Positions 60,568 through 64,000 of a stretch of DNA of 64,000 nucleotides are shown here, piece after piece (the stretch's first letter is position 1; every line of letters begins with the position of its first letter). The position numbers and the translations under genes are program-made. Origin of the DNA: Rhizodiscina lignyota. Its lineage: Eukaryota. The notes under the pieces are model-generated. The model was not told the origin of the DNA, made no database searches, and saw nothing but the letters and a program-made list of their open reading frames with translations. The stretch is taken from positions 3,658,001-3,722,000 of the forward strand of contig ML978121.1 of the NCBI GenBank assembly GCA_010015805.1, given 5' to 3'.

Positions 60568-63147
60568 AGGCGACCCATGGAAAGCGGAGAAGCTCCTGTG
60601 GATGTATTTCTGCGGTTGCCAATGACGAGATGCGTCTCGATGCTGAAATCTCGGAGCTTTTATATAGTTGAATTCCAAAACTGCAACAGTCGTTTCATTT
60701 AAGCTCCGACAATTACAATTCCTCGTGATGTCCATTCCAAATAACTTTGAGGTCTCTCGATCCTTGTTCGGTGCTGACTCGCATCAGATCTCGGAGATGC
60801 GGCCAAACATCGGAGATTGTTCCCAGTCCAGCGAAACGACGTCAGATCGTCAACCAACCTTGGAAACAAAGATATTCGCCACAAAACATCGCAATTCGAT
60901 AATTGAAGTTTTGTCTTATGCTTCAGAAACTCAAATCACTCTCAAGCTGCTTATTGCCACTCAGGGGCGCCGAGGCGCACCCCGTTCCCCGGAGAACGTC
61001 TCCCTTGACCTCCGAATAGGATTCCTTTACATGAGGGACGACAGACTAGAAAATGGCATTTATATCCTGCTGGAAATATCGCGGATATAATGGCAATACT
61101 GACAATTCTCCTCCATTATCATTGTAGTGAGCGTATACGGCTGAATATCTCACTTGCTATGTATCGCAGCCTGCATCTTGCTTTTCACTGACCATCAACG
61201 GGTCCGGATGCTCATGTCCACAGCTTGGCATTCTGTCCCTACCCTGCTTGATGCATATCTCCTCGGTGATCTTTAAGAGCTTGGGAATTGTTGAGGTGTT
61301 TAGTGTGTGCGCCACGTCGATTGGAGTAGCTTTCTCCGGACTGCTCCACTGCCTCACCAGTCTTGGAAGTCTTTTGATATTGCCCGGCCGAGGCGCTTGG
61401 TGCTCTTAACTCGTATTTGGAATCTGGCACCCATCTGCTGTGCATCACTGTTCGCCTTCAGAACCTTCGTGTCACTGTGCAAGTGGATCGATCCGCTACA
61501 GCATCTGCGGGAGAGAAGGCTGCTTCACTGCATGTCGCCAGGGATGCATGTTGGTATGCAACCTTTGATATGCAGCCCAGCAGCGCCTCGGCCTCCCTTT
61601 CAATGGCCTCGACACTCTCCTCCCCACGTTTATGCGGACATCCCTGGCACTGTCTTAGAAGCATGGGCACCATTGATGCGGCATTTGTCCTTCTCAATGT
61701 GGACTTATGCAACGAAGTCGGTCACACTTCCACAAGCAGTGAAAGAACCCTCGCATCGACACGCTTCGAGTGGATGGAAGGCGATTGGACTCCCCTCTAC
61801 CGCAAACTCTGAGCCAAATTGCTTGGGCCATATACTTTCTCCACATTGATCGGTTCCAGTTCCCTGATAGCCTTCAGCTTTGATCATTCGGGTAACTGAT
61901 AAAGCTATCGTCTTGGTTACATCTACAGCGTCGCTTCACCGCATCGCAGCTTAGGGCCTCGTATGGCAGCCATTCCCGAGCCGCCGCAACCACATGAAAA
62001 CCCCAGCCGCGTGGGACTAGTGGGATCATCTCTTTCACTACGCTCAACTCGCTACATGAGCGCGGTTTAGGAAGTAAATGGCTTACAAATTGCCTGGATT
62101 ATGACATGGCAATGTGGTATTCCATCTCGAACCTTCGTGCCGGACTGCATCCTGCTATGCAAGACTAGTGTACGGAACGCACCTTCACGGGGCACGAATG
62201 CGACATGTTGAGAAGAGCTCGCATAGCTTCAACATATCGGTCATGGTCACCGACTCGATGAGGTCACCCGGAACTTGTACGCGCTGAATAGCCTGAACAG
62301 CGGTTTTACTCTCGAAGACTTTACCACGTAAGGTAACAGGAGAGCTCGATCGTTTTGTACCGTATCTATCGGCTAAAAGCATACCATTGTTTTGTAACGT
62401 CTTTAACAATATGACAAAGAGGTCCACTAAATGCTACAGCCGAGATCGCGTGCGTGCTAACTCGTCCTTTCCGGATAGACTGAGCTCATCTTGATAGCGC
62501 TTCTGTCTATACTTCACGGAGTAACTCGACGCGCCCCAATAGTGTTAAGTCAGGCCGAGTTGGTAAAGCCGCCAAAAATACGTACTGTGACATGTGCAAG
62601 AAGGAATTCGGAATAACGCCCCACCATGGGAAGCATATTCGAGGCATTCACGATAAATTCCGTTATGTTTGCGAACAATCGGAAAGAGGTATCGCAGGGA
62701 CAAGTATTTGAAGAGACATGTGAAGACGAGGCATCAAATCGTGGGCTGAGGGCAGTGAAGGGGCGTGAAATTTGTTTGTCTAATTCCTTTAAACTAAAAT
62801 TTCTGTCTTGCATGGCGGCTAGGCAGGTATAACGAGGTAAGTCCCTTTACTGGGCATGAAAATAACAGCTCTTGTACCGACAAGTAACCAAAAATAGGGC
62901 AAGCGATCATGCAGTCGCAGCATACGGTCGAGTACCGGTTTAGTATTTCCAGGAAACCATTTCTGGGACTTCCGGCTCCTCCTGGTCTCCGCTCGACACA
63001 GACGTCCAACCTCATCCACTCTACATACCTAGGAATCAGCAATAGCAAGCCGTCCCTAAGAGAGATAATAAACAAGTACTCGAAAGACGTACGGGTGAGT
63101 TCGAGGGAATATCGGATCTAAGCCGAGCAGAATTGACGTTGAATACT

Positions 63148-64000
63148 TTAACCCTTCTTGGAAACGCCGTTGACCTTCTCCAGTTCCTCTCTGGCACCGT
63201 CCCAGGGTTTTCGTTTCCCTTCATCAAAGAGCCTCATAATGTGTGGACTCATCAGGCCGTCCAATACCAGGCGGCAGAGTGCTCTATCGTTCCACCAAAA
63301 CTTCCAGCCTTCGACGCCATATCCAATTCGCTTTACAAGTCCCAGTCCAGCAGCCTGATCAGCCCACTTGAACCAATCCCAATTATTTCTGAAATTGGTG
63401 TTGAAGAGATCGCCGGTGCTTGCAATCTTACAAACGACTTCATGTTGTGCGTCGACGTGCTTGTTCATTTCTTCCAGTGACGGTAAGGAAGAATTGCCTT
63501 TCCATACTTGCGCAACGGCCATGGAGCATAGGTCGTAATTCAAACATGCCTGAGGCGTAAATGGACTTGTGCCCAGTATCGCGAAGCTGTCCGGATAATC
63601 GAGACTGAAGAGACCTTGGTACAATCGCGGGAGAGGCCGTCCATTGGCGCCTTTGAGTGTTGGCCAGTCTTTCCGCGTGTCTCTGCATGGATTAACAGCT
63701 GCATCGATGATTGAGTAATTTGCGCGAAAGCCCGTGCAGAAGATGATGGCATCGATGTTTTCGACATGTGAGCCGTCGTATAGCTCGAGAGTACCGCCAT
63801 TGACGCGTTTGAGGCCTGAGAGAAGTCCAATTTTCCCTGCATGGAGGTAAGGTACAAGATCTTCATTCATGGTCGGCCCGCCCCGTGTTGGTAGAGGGAA
63901 CGGATGAAGGTTCCACTCCGGTTTGACTTCCCATGTCTTGTCTTGAATTTTCTTCAAGCCAAATAACGCAGCCCGCTGAGAGAGATTTGGGAAGTACTTG
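63148..64000 (-). CDS. Flavin-containing monooxygenase (FMO), 3' part; continues beyond window
   Basis: IDAIIFCTGF, PRLYQGLFS.DYPDSFA, AVAQVWKG..LPS, KPWDGARE; frame open to the window end. Confidence 0.85.
   Translation of the reverse strand, partial: KYFPNLSQRAALFGLKKIQDKTWEVKPEWNLHPFPLPTRGGPTMNEDLVPYLHAGKIGLLSGLKRVNGGTLELYDGSHVENIDAIIFCTGFRANYSIIDAAVNPCRDTRKDWPTLKGANGRPLPRLYQGLFSLDYPDSFAILGTSPFTPQACLNYDLCSMAVAQVWKGNSSLPSLEEMNKHVDAQHEVVCKIASTGDLFNTNFRNNWDWFKWADQAAGLGLVKRIGYGVEGWKFWWNDRALCRLVLDGLMSPHIMRLFDEGKRKPWDGAREELEKVNGVSKKG

Noticed and set aside
60668..63121. Short ORFs between the chloroperoxidase and FMO genes
   Set aside because: No domain signature, mostly non-ATG starts, overlapping frames on both strands.
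1..64000. tRNA/rRNA genes and intact transposase or retrotransposon ORFs
   Set aside because: No cloverleaf/T-loop context, rRNA sequence, or DDE/RT/integrase motifs recognised by eye; a tRNAscan/Infernal run is needed to exclude them formally.

Overview
Eukaryotic, intron-containing DNA from a filamentous ascomycete (GT..CTRAC..YAG introns of 45-190 nt; the group-5 septin, stand-alone DHNA and Zn2Cys6 factor suggest Pezizomycotina, but the taxon is an inference). About 25 apparently intact genes are supported. Housekeeping genes: HOL1-like MFS, REV3, dihydroneopterin aldolase, CFIm68/CPSF6-like RRM protein, SEC61 gamma, DCAF11/WDR23-like WD40, AspE-type septin, EOS1-like, ELP6, RMT2, RPL37 (multi-exon, absent from the ORF track), FSH1-family hydrolase, IPI3. 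Interleaved accessory genes: spherulin/germin cupin, Zn2Cys6 TF divergent from an HSL-family esterase, GFA protein, 2OG-Fe(II) dioxygenase followed by a TRI12-like MFS, SDR, bacterial-type non-heme chloroperoxidase, partial FMO. The window shows much gene turnover. A ~1.7 kb tandem duplication of the spherulin gene plus its upstream region has a second copy that lost the cupin core, gained a hydrophobic tail and carries a 300-bp MITE-like insertion. There is also an AT-rich RIP-like relic with 51-bp repeats holding TAGGGTT/AACCCTA hairpins, and several genes broken by single stops or frameshifts. The most unusual observation is an in-frame 63-nt intron in the chloroperoxidase gene that looks like a diverged copy of the exon following it. 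No tRNA, rRNA or CRISPR features were recognised. All product calls come from motif recognition by eye; no searches were run.
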